A DNA stretch of 64,000 bases. Origin: Octopus vulgaris. Lineage: Eukaryota. Positions within the stretch are counted from its first letter, which is position 1. Each line of letters opens with the position of its first letter. Positions 26,819 through 39,576 of the stretch are shown here, piece by piece. Both the position numbers and the translations under genes were made by a program. Below the pieces are notes generated by a model. That model had not been told where the DNA came from. It saw only the letters and a list, made by a program, of their open reading frames with translations, and made no database searches. Location: assembly GCA_951406725.2 (NCBI GenBank), contig OX597823.1:12896001-12960000 (forward strand). Direction: 5' to 3'.

Positions 26819-26869
<51 letters not shown>

Positions 26870-27246
26870 TCATAAATGAGGGTAAAAATTAGATATTAAT
26901 TTAATAATACCATCAGTTTAACACCAAGTGGCTTAGCACATAAAACACCAGGGAGACAATACAAATTTATACTTAAATATAAGAGACTTACCGCTAAGTG
27001 GTTAACTCTAGTGCTAAAAATAGCTCCTTTTTCTGGTATAGCCACCAAAAAGTTTGTTTCGAATAAGAAATAACATTACATTCAACGTAATGAAAGTGAA
27101 ATACAACGAAAAAATAGATTAACGCCGAACAATCGTTTCATTATTAATATAATATGCAATTATACTCACATATTTATCTATAAATATATATATGCATGCA
27201 TTTTTATCTATAGATATATATATATATCTATCTATCTATCTATCTA

Positions 27247-27288
<42 letters not shown>

Positions 27289-27824
27289 CTCGCGCGCGTG
27301 TGTGTATGTATGTACTATGTATGAATGTATGTATGCATATAAGTGACAAACATGTATAAGTGTCAATTCATTACGGCCTTTTTTTAGAGCGACTCCTTTA
27401 ACTGATCAATAAATGCATTACATCATTGCGAAGAAAACCGTTCTCATCAGATGACCGCATAGACTTCAAGACTAAAGGACAAGTTAGATATTTAAACATA
27501 TTCATATCATCATTTGAGATCAAGTATTCACAATGATTTCGCTGCTAATTTTTTTCTTTTTTTGCAGAACGTGTGCAAATAAGTTCGTCTTAACAAGGTG
27601 CCTCAATTTAAGTACCTAATACAACTGAATGTAAATTATATATATATATATATGTATGTATGTATGTATACAAAGAATGACAGATAGAAATACTGCTAGA
27701 TTGATAGATATGTAGCCCATAGAAAATTAGTGGTTTTTGTTACTACGTACACACACATAGATATGTGCAGATGCATGTCTACTTATGTATATACATATAA
27801 ATATATATATATATATATATATCG

Positions 27825-27864
<40 letters not shown>

Positions 27865-28145
27865 TCGTGTGTGCTTGTGTGTGAGTGTCTATGTGTTTGT
27901 GTGTCTGAAAATTTGTATGATAAAGCTGGATAAACAGGTGAAATTTAGTGACTGAATATTTCCGTTTCTGGATTCCATTTCCTCCACCTACACCTCATGC
28001 CCAAGCGCAACACATGTCGAGTGTTTGTGACTGTAACCGGTCTGCATATCTAAATGAATAATGTTTATATTTATTAAAGTAATAACGGCCACGACATTCT
28101 ACATCGTTTGCTAAAATTCACAGATATCAGAATCTAAACATTTAA

Positions 28146-28539
28146 TCTTTACATATAAAAGTGAGGTTGTGTGCTGTCTGTCTCCTACGATCTAGATTCC
28201 TAACTACTCCCACATTTTGCGGTGCAGTTTAACCAAAACCGGGTATCTTATAGTCGTGATTTATATCGAGCCCTTCTGGGTATTAGCGCGCGTCTACAAT
28301 GAGTCTACGATTTTAAAACAAATTTACCATCAATTTTTACATTTTTAATGCATTTTTGGCACATATAAGGGAAGGAACTCTCTAAAAATGTATTATTAAA
28401 TCTCAGAACGTAAAAAGCTATAGTAACACCCCCCTTTGTGGTTAGCCATATTGAGATGGCTATTATACTTTACATCTCTAAAAATGCTTATATAGTTACT
28501 TCCCTTACAAACCCGAGCAACGCCGGGCGATACTGCTAG
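28146..28539 (+). mobile_element. Non-autonomous Helitron
   Basis: 5' TC, 3' hairpin plus CTAG; same family as 21597-21973. Confidence 0.88.
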
Positions 28540-29685
28540 TATTTATTAAAGTAATAACGGCCACGACATTCTACTTCATTTGCTAAAATTCATTGATATC
28601 AGAATCTAAACATTTAATTGTAGATAAAGGCACACATTCGCACACGGTCGTTTACGCGCACGCCTACATTCATGCACAGACTCAATGACACACACCGTGC
28701 ACAAAAGCAATTAATAATGCAACATGAGTCGTTTAAATAATATAGGAACTTTGTAAAACGATTGCTTTGGAATGGCTGCTTTTACGATAAGAACCTGCAA
28801 CACATCTGAAGATTAGCTTGGTTTTGAACTTTAATATTTTCCGCATATAGCAAATTACTGGAAACATTCGAAATATTCAAATTAGTTAGAAACCTGTTGT
28901 AGAAAAACCATCTTCCAGCCATCTTCAAAAGGAATTTGCAACAATCCTCTAACAACATTTTGTGCAATAATATGAAAGCAATAACATTTACAAAATACTC
29001 ATTCATACCCTGTAGTTTAAATACTACACTAATTTGTATAATAAAGCACCAACAAAAATATTAAACTCCATTAACTTAGAAGTGAAGGAGATAGTATTTA
29101 CTTTCAATATAGCCGATGGAGTTGAAGTTTTACCTCAATGGAAATCATATATCACATTTTAGAATCACAAAACTAATTTTCTAATTTACCCATTGAGAAA
29201 ACTCACCAATCCACACGAAGTCAATTAAGCAATTTCAGCAGAAATGTTAGATACAGTCGTCACCAAACGTAAAGAAACTTCTGTTTTAACTTTCCGGAAC
29301 AAGAGTTATAAATCACTACAACAGAAATAATAAACAAGAATGCCAACTAATCCTGACATAGATATTCTAAAGTTCAGTCACGAAGGTATTACTCAACGCG
29401 GCATTAACATTGACCAGAAACTACAACTGAATTGTTGAATTGAAAATGCTTATGCACGGTAAAACAAAACAAAAAAGAAAGAAAGAAAGAAGCGTAGTCA
29501 TAAGGTAACTACTTTGGAATTAAGAAAGTTGGCAATTCTTCCTTTCACGTGATTATAGATATAAGCGTCTCGGCTGAAATAAATGAGTTAATCTGCTGTG
29601 GATAATATAGTTAATAAACACTAATCTTAACATCGTAATCAATTATGTGTGCCATGATTATAGTGCTTCAATATTACGTAGACTA

Positions 29686-30012
29686 AGGCGGAAAGATAGC
29701 AGAAATGTTGGCACACCGGGCGAAATGCTTAGCGGTATTTCGTCTGCCGTTGCGTTCTGAGTTCAAATTCCGCCGAGGTCGACTTTGCCTTTCATCCTTT
29801 CGGGGTCGATTAAATAAGAACCAGTTATACACTGGGGTCGATATAATCGACTTAATCCGTTTGTCTGTCCTTGTTTGTCCCCTCTGTGTGTAGCCCCTTG
29901 TGGGCAGTAAAGAAATAGGTATTTCGTCTGTCTTATTAAGTACCAGTTGCTTACTGGGGTCGATCTAATCGACTGGCATCCTCCCCCAAAATTTCGGGCC
30001 TTGTGCCTAAAG
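29686..30012 (+). mobile_element. SINE family B, monomer plus partial second unit
   Basis: Matches family B head and core; restarts at GGTATTTCGTCTG (about 29918). Confidence 0.9.
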
Positions 30013-30379
30013 AATCTTCCGTAGTCTGACAAACCAAATTGACAGACTTATGAAATCTCTAATGATATTTAGAGCTTTGATCCTAAAATACGCAGTCCAC
30101 AAAAATATGAAAAGTGTTTAGATACTTGTAACCGCCGTATAGAGAAACAAGTAGGACTGTAAAGTAAATCTATATGAATGTTAACAATTATGATATTTCA
30201 CTATCTTCTCTACTATAAAGTATCACTATCATGCTAACATCTCGAACCATACAAACTCTCTAAAGAACATGAATCTTCCTTGCATCAAAATTTTACCATA
30301 GTGATTCTTCAAGTATGAGACAATAAGATTTAAAATTGTAATGGTTATAGCAGTATAATCTTGTTGAGAATTAAGCGAA

Positions 30380-30531
30380 TTGAGCGAAAACACCTAAAGC
30401 TCCACGAGGCTCCGGCAGGGGATGGTGGTGATCCCTGCTGTACTTGGTCAAGTGTCTTCTACTATAGCCTCGGGCCGACCAAAGCCTTGTGAGTGGATTT
30501 GGTAGACGGAAACTGAAAGAAGCCCGTCGTA

Positions 30532-30571
<40 letters not shown>

Positions 30572-30806
30572 TGTGTGTGTGTGTCTGTTTGTTTGTCTGT
30601 GTTTGTCCCCCTAGCAGTGCTTGACAACCGATGCTGGTGTGTTTATGTCCCCGTTACTTAGCGGTTCGGCATAAGAGACCGATAGAATAAGTACTGGGCT
30701 TACAAAAGAATAAGTCCCGGGGTCGAGTTGCTCGATTAAAGGCGCTGCTCCAGCATGGCCGCAGTCAAACGAATGAAAAAAGTAAAAGATTAAAAGAGTA
30801 AAGAGA
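30380..30806 (+). mobile_element. Chimeric SINE: family C fragment (30380-30443) joined to 5'-truncated family A
   Basis: Sequence switches at CTGTAC|TTGGTCAAGTGTCTTC. Confidence 0.85.
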
Positions 30807-31610
30807 GTTCAAATACTTCCAAGGAAAATTATTAATGAGTGTAATCCTTCTCTTTCACCTATAAACCACATGCGTTATATTGACATGTACATAAGACTTC
30901 GATAAATTTATCTAACCAATGTCTTTTTTTTTTAAACCGAATCTTGTTATCCCTTTCCATAGAGTCTAATGTTACGAGCACTCAAATCACACATAGATTA
31001 TTCACTATAGTCTGACTAATCGACAAACGAAAATCTGAGTTTCATTAACGATTATCTAGCTTCGCATGGATTTTACACTTGTCTTTTGTCTTTTTGTATT
31101 AAGTTCACGTCTTTCTCATGAATGCATACATTAACGGGCAATCATATTTTAGTCGTGTGTGCATACACAGAAATATATATATATATATATAAATCACTAA
31201 CTTTAATTATACATGAACTCAAGTCGTTTTGGTTTGATGGTGAACTCGTGTAATATCATGTCACGCAGTTCCTCTTGTTGTCTAAGTCGTTCAAAATGCT
31301 TTTCTCGATGGAAATATGAGCCAGTGAAGACAGCTGTTGTGCTTCTCAGATATGACAGGATTCCATCCAACGTCGAGAAACTTCTCTCATTAGCGACTGA
31401 TTGTAGGGGGATGATTAGCACTAGCTTAATTACTTTAATGGATTCCGGCATAACGGAAGCCAACTCAAATTTATACAGTAATTCTAAAAAGGAGTTGATT
31501 GAATTGTACTTTTTTGCAATCACTATATATATATATACATATATATTAACTGGTTCACTAAGCTCTTAGAGCCAAAAATACAGGGACACTTGTTTTCTCT
31601 GGAGTCCATA

Positions 31611-31995
31611 GGGAAGCACTCCGTCGGTTACGACGATGAGGGTTCCGATTGATCCGAACCAACGGAACAGTCTGCTCGTGAAATTAACGTTTAAGTGGCT
31701 GAGCACTCCACAGACACGTGTACCCTTAACGTAGTTCTCGGGGATATTCAGCGTGACAAAGAGAGTGACATGGCCGGCCCTTTGAAATACAGGTACAACA
31801 GAAACAGGAAGTAAGAGTGAGAGAAAGTTGTGGTGAAAGAGTACAGCAGGGATCACCACCATCCCCTGCCGGAGCCTCGTGGAGCTTTAGGTGTTTTCGC
31901 TCAATAAACACTCACAACGCCCGGTCTGGGAATCGAAACCGCGATCCTATGACCGCGAGTCCGTTGCCCTAACCACTGGGCCATTGCGCCTCCAC
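31611..31995 (-). mobile_element. Full-length SINE family C with 14-bp TSD
   Basis: TSD CTCTGGAGTCCATA at 31597-31610 and 31996-32009. Confidence 0.95.
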
Positions 31996-32499
31996 CTCTG
32001 GAGTCCATATGTTGCATGGGAAATGTGTTAGCAAACTTTTCAAACTTGTTAACGTTTAGTAATTCTGAATGCCAAAAAGTTTATCTCGCCTGAACATTAG
32101 AATGTTATCAATTATTTCAGAGTAGGCAGTTCTGTAATTAACTTGTGCAACTCTGATTCTTTTTCTAGGAGGAGTATCGGACTCATCTACCAGTTCAATG
32201 ACAGCAGATGTATCGCGCAGAACGTTTTCACAGTGTTCGTCCTTACGATAACGTTCAACACAATTAATGAAGTCATTTAATTTATTCTAACTATGCTTTA
32301 TCTCAAGTACCTTACACTTTAGGATATCAAAGACTTTCCCAGCCTGAGAATGTATGTTATGAAAGCAACTGATGAAAAACATACTGTGAATCATTCAACT
32401 TTGCCAATAGATTGTCCGTTTGACAAAGGGTATCTTCATCTCACTTTTCACTTGAGCTTAGAATACTTGTGAAGGCATTTTTCAAGTTTTCATGAAATA

Positions 32500-33064
32500 T
32501 TGGGTTCTCCGGAAAGTTTGTGCCGATTTATAGTAGTTTACCTTGCGACTTATTTAGAACAGGGTTGAATCCATAAAATAGGATTTGACTACACCTCCAT
32601 TTAGAGCACGGTTTAAGCTATCTTTTCGTGTAAGAAGGTTTATGTTTCTATAACCTGTGTTAATTCTGTAACCCTTAAAATTGGAAGATAAGAAAGTTCA
32701 TTTTCGGCTCTTGATGCTTTGGGAATCAAACAAAAGTTGCTGCAGCTTGGCTGGAATGTGTTACCCCACCCTCCATATTCACCAGATATTGCTCCTTCGG
32801 ATTTCCATTTATTCAGGTCTCTGCAGAATAGTCTTAATTGTAAAAATTTCAATTCCTTGGATGACGCAAAAAGATATCTTGATGAATTCCTTGCCATGAA
32901 ACCACCTCAAATCTGGGAAGAGGGTATTTTCAAGTTAAGGGAAAGTCGGAGACGCATTGTGCAACAAAATGGTTCATATTTAGTTGGTTAAAAATGTAAT
33001 GGCGAGTATTTATTGACCTTTTTCTTTCCTTTAAAAATCGGCACGAACTTTCCGGACAACCTGA
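32500..33064 (+). mobile_element. Internally deleted mariner transposon
   Basis: About 30-bp TIRs TTGGGTTCTCCGGAAAGTTTGTGCCGATTT / AAATCGGCACGAACTTTCCGGACAACCTGA, TA at both ends; ORF 32719-32991 contains LPHPPYSPDIAPSDFHLFRSLQN. Confidence 0.93.
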
Positions 33065-33791
33065 TAGTTTTATGGATGACACGGTTCTTGCACTATCGAA
33101 CCATCTTGTTTCGCACAGTGATGAAATACTGACATTAAACTGCCTGAAAACATTTTTCCCGTTTGGTACTGGTGCATGTAAATTTAGTTTTACGCGTAAA
33201 TGAGAAAAAAACATTTTTATTCCACTCACCTTCTCGGCAATTTTACTCAAGACTAAGTTAAGTTTTTGCGCATTGCAGTGAATGGAATGCGCGTGTTTAG
33301 ATCCTCTATCGCTTAGCTTGCCCTGTACTCCGTTTAACGTTCCCGCCATTACAACTGCACCGTCTTAAGTCTGACTCATTAGTTTATCTGTAGCGTCACC
33401 GAAGGAGTTCAATGCAGTCACAATCACCTCAGGCAGTCTTATAGCTCTTTTATCATTACTGACTTTATAGAATCCAAGAAATCGTTCACACGTCTTGTCT
33501 TCACATTCGTATTATCTTATTAGGACTGACAGTTGGGCATGCATTGCACAGTCTGTAGTTTCGTCAGTTTGTACGGACATAAACGGAGCTTTATCAACTT
33601 CACTTCGAATTTCATCAGACAAGACATTTCCAATCGCTTGTCATTTTGTATTGTACCTGAGACTCCTGAAAACTGTTACAATCCTTCTTTGGTAGAAAGT
33701 TTAGAAGCAACACGTTGTCGATTTCCGCAAAGCACTGCAATAGTTTACGGTAATCTACTCTATTACGGCTGTCACTGCCTTCACCATGTCC

Positions 33792-34179
33792 TTAGGAAGC
33801 ACTCCGTCGGTTACGACGATGAGGGTTCCGATTGATCCGAATCAACGGAACAGCCTGCTCGTGAAATTAACGTGTAAGTGGCTGAGCACTCCACAGACAC
33901 GTGCACCCTTAACGTAGTTCTCGGGGATATTCAGCGTGACACAGAGAGTGACAAAGCCGGTCCCTTGAAATACAGGTACAACAGAAACAGGAAGTAAGAG
34001 TGAGAGAAAGTTGTGGTGAAAGAGTACAGCAGGGATCACCACCATCCCCTGCCGGAGCCTCGTGGAGCTTTTAGGTGTTTTCGCTCAATAAAAACTCACA
34101 ACGCCCGGTCTGGGAATCGAAACCGCGATGCTATGACCGCGAGTCCGCTGCCCTAACCACTGAGCTATTGCGCTTCCAC
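33792..34179 (-). mobile_element. Full-length SINE family C with 12-bp TSD
   Basis: TSD TTCACCATGTCC at 33780-33791 and 34180-34191. Confidence 0.95.
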
Positions 34180-34958
34180 TTCACCATGTCCACATAAAGG
34201 CAACTCTTGTTTACACAGGTATAACACTGCATTTGTTAACTGTTTTAAATATTGTCTATTTTCTCCAGCTGCTTTCTTATGCCGTTCTTTTACCAGTTTA
34301 GTAGACTCACTAATAGCCGTCTCAATATAGTCCGAACATTTTCAAGATTCTATAACTACTTATATGACTCACTGATTTACTGTGATGCTTACAGTCACTC
34401 AGGATGTTTTCATAATTATTTTAGCCTCCATCAGTCCACGACTAATTAGCTTTTGGTTGAGGCAACAAACATGGCCAGCAGTAGAGTTTATCTGTGACGC
34501 TGTTTGCACAATTCCAATCAATTTTTTTCATACCATTTTATCTGGAATGTTTGAGTTCCAATTTTAGTTTTCAATGAAACTGTTGGCCTGCAAACTCGAA
34601 GAAATCCAAGTGTTTCCGCAATATTTCTACCCCTAAATGACTTATTCTTTATATCTAGCACAATGTCTTTCTCCTTTTCTTAGTTATGGGTAAAAACAAA
34701 GCAACCCTGCAAAACACAACTGATCTTTACACAGAGACGCACAGAATAACAACAATCAAATAACAACAGCGGAATGTATAACAGGCATCGGCGATCTGAT
34801 TGTCGCTTGTATTCTTCACAAGAGATGCAAATTAGTCTTTTATGCCTATCAGGCTCGTTCTTATTAGCCCGAGTTGCTAAATAATGTTTCGTTCCTTTAA
34901 GAATGTTGTAGAACAGAAACTTTTCAGATTTAAATCCTAATCTCTATAGAAATGTATT

Positions 34959-35172
34959 TATTTCTTTAAACACAGAGGGGACAAACAAGGACAGACAAAC
35001 AGATTAAGTCGATTATATCGACCCCAGTGTGTAAGTGGTACTCATTTAATCGACCCCGAAAGGATGAAAGGCAAAGTCAACCTCGGCGGAATTCGAACTC
35101 AGAACGTAGCGGTTGACGAAATACCGCTAAACATTTCGTCCAGCGTGCTAACGATCTTGCCAGCTCACCGCC
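34959..35172 (-). mobile_element. SINE family B with 15-bp TSD
   Basis: TSD CTATAGAAATGTATT at 34944 and 35173. Confidence 0.93.
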
Positions 35173-35447
35173 CTATAGAAATGTATTATTTCAAGTAAAC
35201 ATTGACTTTTGATTACTTATAATTTTTACGATTATAGATAACGGCTCTGGCTGTAACTTCTGAGCCTGAGTCAGGTACGTGTGAATGATGTCGAGAGAAT
35301 GTCTCCTACGAATGATATTTTTTTGACACAGGTCACATCTAAGACGACCGTCAAACGCTGAGCGAAAATAAATGAACAGCTGAGGCCGAACAGTCCGAGT
35401 TCCGGGGTCATCATTGCTATATATATATAGGGTGTGTGTGTGTGTCG

Positions 35448-35600
35448 ATGCGTGGCTAAGTGGTTAGGGTGTTGCACTCATAATCATAAGGTTGTAGTTT
35501 CGATTACTGAACGGGGTGATATGTTGTATTCTTGTACAAAACACTTTTATTACATGTTGCTCCGGGCCAATCAAGTGGCAAAAAATGAAAATCATGCGAG
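35448..35600 (+). mobile_element. Degenerate SINE family D head
   Basis: TGGCTAAGTGGTTAGGG...GTTTCGATT...CTTGTACAAAACACTTT. Confidence 0.65.
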
Positions 35601-35742
35601 GGACTAGCGACATATCTGAATGAGAAATATTTAAACCAGAGAACCCGGGAAAACAGCCTGAAGATATGAGCCTATGGCTTGAAGAGAAACTTTGATAATT
35701 TCATATGCATATGTCTATATCTATATCTAGCTATATATATAT

Positions 35743-35787
<45 letters not shown>

Positions 35788-36699
35788 CGCGTGTATATAC
35801 ACAAACATTTCTGTATAAACAATAACACATGCTTAACGTATTTGTGCTCTTTAAATGCTAGAAGCTGCTATCTGTCGTTCGGGAAAATCGTATAGTGTTA
35901 AAAATCAGAATTTATTTCAGGAACTGTTGAAACAAAATAACGCCAGAAGTGATTCTGTTGATGACAGATATGTATTTCACTGTTAATGCAGTTAATCAAT
36001 ACCGAGGAATCAAGTCAATTCCGTTGCAAAATTGAAAGCTATAGTCTGATATATGAATATGAATTACACAATAGAGGCAGCTCTATTTATGGGAACGTTA
36101 CCAATACCACATACATATTGTATGTATCTCTGTCTCTCTCTGTCTCTGTCCCTCTCTCTCTCTGTATATACATACATACATATATATATACCGGAGTAAA
36201 CACATAAATGTGAAACAAGGTGGAAAAAAGAGTACTCAAATACCAGTGGTAGAGTGATATGAACGGCAACGGGAAACTCAGAGTAACAGGTTTTGTTGAA
36301 TTTTCTGCTGTTTTAAATAAAGTATATATATATATATAAGTTGTATATATATATATATATATAATCAAAATAAGCAACAAGAATATCTCCGGTAATTTGG
36401 TACGATCGTTTCACGCTACATCATTTTATTCAATATTGTAAGTATTACAACAGTTTTAAAATGTTATATGCTGAGTGATTGTTTATAGTCATTTGTTAAA
36501 TATCTCGTTTAGACTAAAAAAAAAACGAATTGTATCGCCTAGCTTCATGTGTATCTATCTACAGTATAGCTCTTTGCAAGGAATGAAGCTTCAAACCTTA
36601 TTTTCTTCCACCATTAGAGCACTGGGAATGTATTTTTATGTACAGTTCTAAGGCAGTATATTGGTATTTATTTTACCTACATTTTTAGCAGTTGTCGAT

Positions 36700-36763
<64 letters not shown>

Positions 36764-36789
36764 ACATACATACATATATTTATATATAT

Positions 36790-36841
<52 letters not shown>

Positions 36842-36843
<2 letters not shown>

Positions 36844-37048
36844 CCAGCTTAGTTTTTCTAATGCTCGTTGCTTGGTTTTTCTTGGAGGGCTGGCCGTGAT
36901 CTAGTAATCTCAAGATTAATCAGCCGAAATTACTACGATGATCCGGTTCTTGACTGAAGACTGAGGGTTTCGAATGTCCTGTCCGTGTTTATTGTATCGT
37001 CTTCTAAGAGTTATACGTTCTTGTCCATGTTGTATTTTTCTACATACC

Positions 37049-37050
<2 letters not shown>
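36842..37050 (+). mobile_element. (TA)n-embedded element, copy C of the permuted-hammerhead family
   Basis: Diverged homolog of 10602-10855 and 11347-11597, between two TA arrays. Confidence 0.75.
36887..36969 (+). ncRNA. Candidate non-circularly permuted hammerhead ribozyme, copy C
   Basis: ccgtgatc TAGTAAT-C TCAAGA ttaat CAGCC GAAA TTACTA cgat gatccgg t TCTTGA CTGAAGA ctga GGGTT. Confidence 0.55.
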
Positions 37051-37100
<50 letters not shown>

Positions 37101-37117
37101 GATACACACACATATAA

Positions 37118-37155
<38 letters not shown>

Positions 37156-37344
37156 GTTAAATGAATAATTGCTTTTTGTTTAAAAGCAGGTGGTGAGATT
37201 ATTTGACTCTGAAGCGTTTAAATATTTTATATTTTCTTAGCGTGAAATAACTGAAGGCCATTATTTCCATTCCCATATGTCTAATTCGCATAAACATATA
37301 ATCGTTGCAATAACTGTTAAGATTGTAAAATTATTCAGCTAGCA

Positions 37345-37470
37345 AACCTCCTTTGATATATTCCATTCTGTAAATAAAGGAGTTTGATGTTACTGCTAAC
37401 ATTTGCGCTTCCTGCCGCGAGATAGGTTCATCTTGACAGGCGGAGATCCAGTTTGCCTTTGAAGATGCAT
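37345..37470 (-). mobile_element. Old CR1-like LINE 3' fragment
   Basis: DEPISRQEAQMLAVTSNS is homologous to DEPTSRQEVQMRVAVSNS in the element at 57349. Confidence 0.7.
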
Positions 37471-37694
37471 ATATCCTACCCCATATATGTCTCTCAGACT
37501 TTACGGGAGAATACTGGAAAGGTGTGCGACCTATATATATATACTTAGATACATACATATGTACGGGAAACGGTTTTGTGTAGGCATATAAAAGCTTCTA
37601 TTTTATTATATCGGCTGCTACCTTATGACACCAACTTGCAACAGCAGTTTTATGGGGTTGTACCGAGCTGTGCCTATATAAATTAGGATAAATA

Positions 37695-37726
37695 TAGTAA
37701 TAATAATAATAATAATAATAATGATG

Positions 37727-37803
<77 letters not shown>

Positions 37804-38059
37804 CCATGTCTATGGATATATATTTGCATGTAAGTATGTATGTATTATGTGTGTAGGTATGTACGCACATACACATATTCTGCCGGTTAATTTGTCTAAT
37901 ATAATCAGTTAACAGAATTACAGCTCTGTACCTGTCAGTATGTATTTACTTTTTTACCATTTCGTTTCAAAGAACCAGACACTGCATAACATTTATATAC
38001 ATATATATAAATAATAAAAATTCAACAGATCAAAAACAGGATTCAAAGAAATAATGATG

Positions 38060-38129
<70 letters not shown>

Positions 38130-38152
38130 TGATAATAATAATGATAATAATG

Positions 38153-38201
<49 letters not shown>

Positions 38202-38212
38202 TGATAATAATG

Positions 38213-38283
<71 letters not shown>
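37695..38283. repeat. (AAT)n trinucleotide arrays (37695-37803 and 38050-38283)
   Basis: Direct observation; source of the poly-I and poly-Y ORFs. Confidence 0.97.
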
Positions 38284-38941
38284 CCTCGTTTCTATAATAA
38301 ACTGACTGACAGTTTAAAAAGTGCGGGGCAAAAATATATACACAACCAATCGTGGTCTAAATGTAAGAGAAAATTAATAGCTGTTTGTTGTATTTAATAT
38401 ATATTATGCAGTTCAACAGTGTGGAAAACATCAGATTTGCGAAAAACTGTCCTGTCATTTTGAAGTTTATTTCCAATATTTATTTAATGCAATATTTATT
38501 AATGACATGAAAAAGTAATTGACAACACTTCCATTATACTTTTTTAAAACATTTTTTTGCAGGTTCATGTGAGTTGGCTGCAGCGATGTTCTGAAGGCTT
38601 CAGTAGTTTTAATTCACTATGTCTACATCAGTACATATTTCATTCTTGTACCTAAATTATCAATATCTACTTTGTTTGAAGTTCCTTTTACCTTTGTGTA
38701 AGTTAGACTTGGAAGGTGAACTTCTCGTTTCCGATTTCCGGAGAGTGTTAAACCGAAATTATATAGGATGGGCACATGGGAAAATTCTTTTAACAAATGC
38801 AGGATATATGTTTTCAATCCTGCCTTTGATAATATTATCATCATTTGTCATGTATCACTGGGTTAATCAACTCACAAACACAGACATGTACGCGCGCATG
38901 CACACACGTAAGCAAACATCCACCCCATACAAGCAATTAGA

Positions 38942-38986
<45 letters not shown>

Positions 38987-38989
38987 TCT

Positions 38990-39576
38990 CTCTTTTCTTT
39001 ACTCTTTTACTTGTTTCAGTCATTTGACTGCGGCCATGCTGGAGCACCGCCTTTAGTCGAGCAAATCGACCCCGGGACTTATTCTTTGTAAGCCCAGTAC
39101 TTATTCTATCGGTCTCATATATATAATATTAATAATATTAGGGAGTAAATACAAATATTAAATTAGAGATAAAACCACTATTAGGCAAATTAGACAGTGA
39201 AAATCATAAGCCAATACATATAAATAAAATTAATTAAAAATATATAAAATATAGCCCCGGGCCGACCAATGCCTTGTGAGTGGATTTGGTAGACAGAATC
39301 TGAAAGAAGCCTGTCGTATATATGTATATATATATGTATATATGTGTGTGTGTGTGTGTTTGTGTGTCCGTGTTTGTCTCCCTAGCATTGCTAGACAACC
39401 GATGCTGGTGTGGTTACGTCCCCGTCACTTAGCGGTTCGGCAAAAGAGACCGATAGAATAAGTACTGGGCTTAGAAAGAATAAGTCCCGAGGTCGATTTG
39501 CTCGATTAAAGGCGGTGCTCCAGCATGGCCGCAGTCAAATGACTGAAACAAGTAAAAGAGTAAGGAGTAAAGAGTA
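38990..39576. mobile_element. Two opposed SINE family A fragments (38990-39115 minus; 39250-39576 plus)
   Basis: Both match family A; separated by an AT-rich spacer. Confidence 0.87.

Larger units (their letters stand above)
31203..34560 (-). pseudogene. Degenerate hAT transposase (ZMYM1-like/DUF4371 plus hATC dimerisation domain), interrupted by nested insertions
   Basis: Minus-strand motifs: QELPLCGH (about 34200), SVQTDETTD...QLSVLIR...ERFLGF (about 33475-33590), SQT*DGAVVMAG, IHCNAQKLNL, CETRW, IPLQSVANERSFSTL; contains stops and frameshifts. Confidence 0.87.

Noticed and set aside
26930-27010. Possible pistol-, twister- or HDV-like fold (CTTAGC/GCTAAG pairing)
   Set aside because: Conserved catalytic motifs do not line up; the homolog at 40170 supports only a simple hairpin.
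36398-36420. GAAACGATCGTA half-motif on the minus strand (similar at about 27128-27140)
   Set aside because: Palindromic stem III and GAAA are present, but no convincing CUGANGA partner was found.
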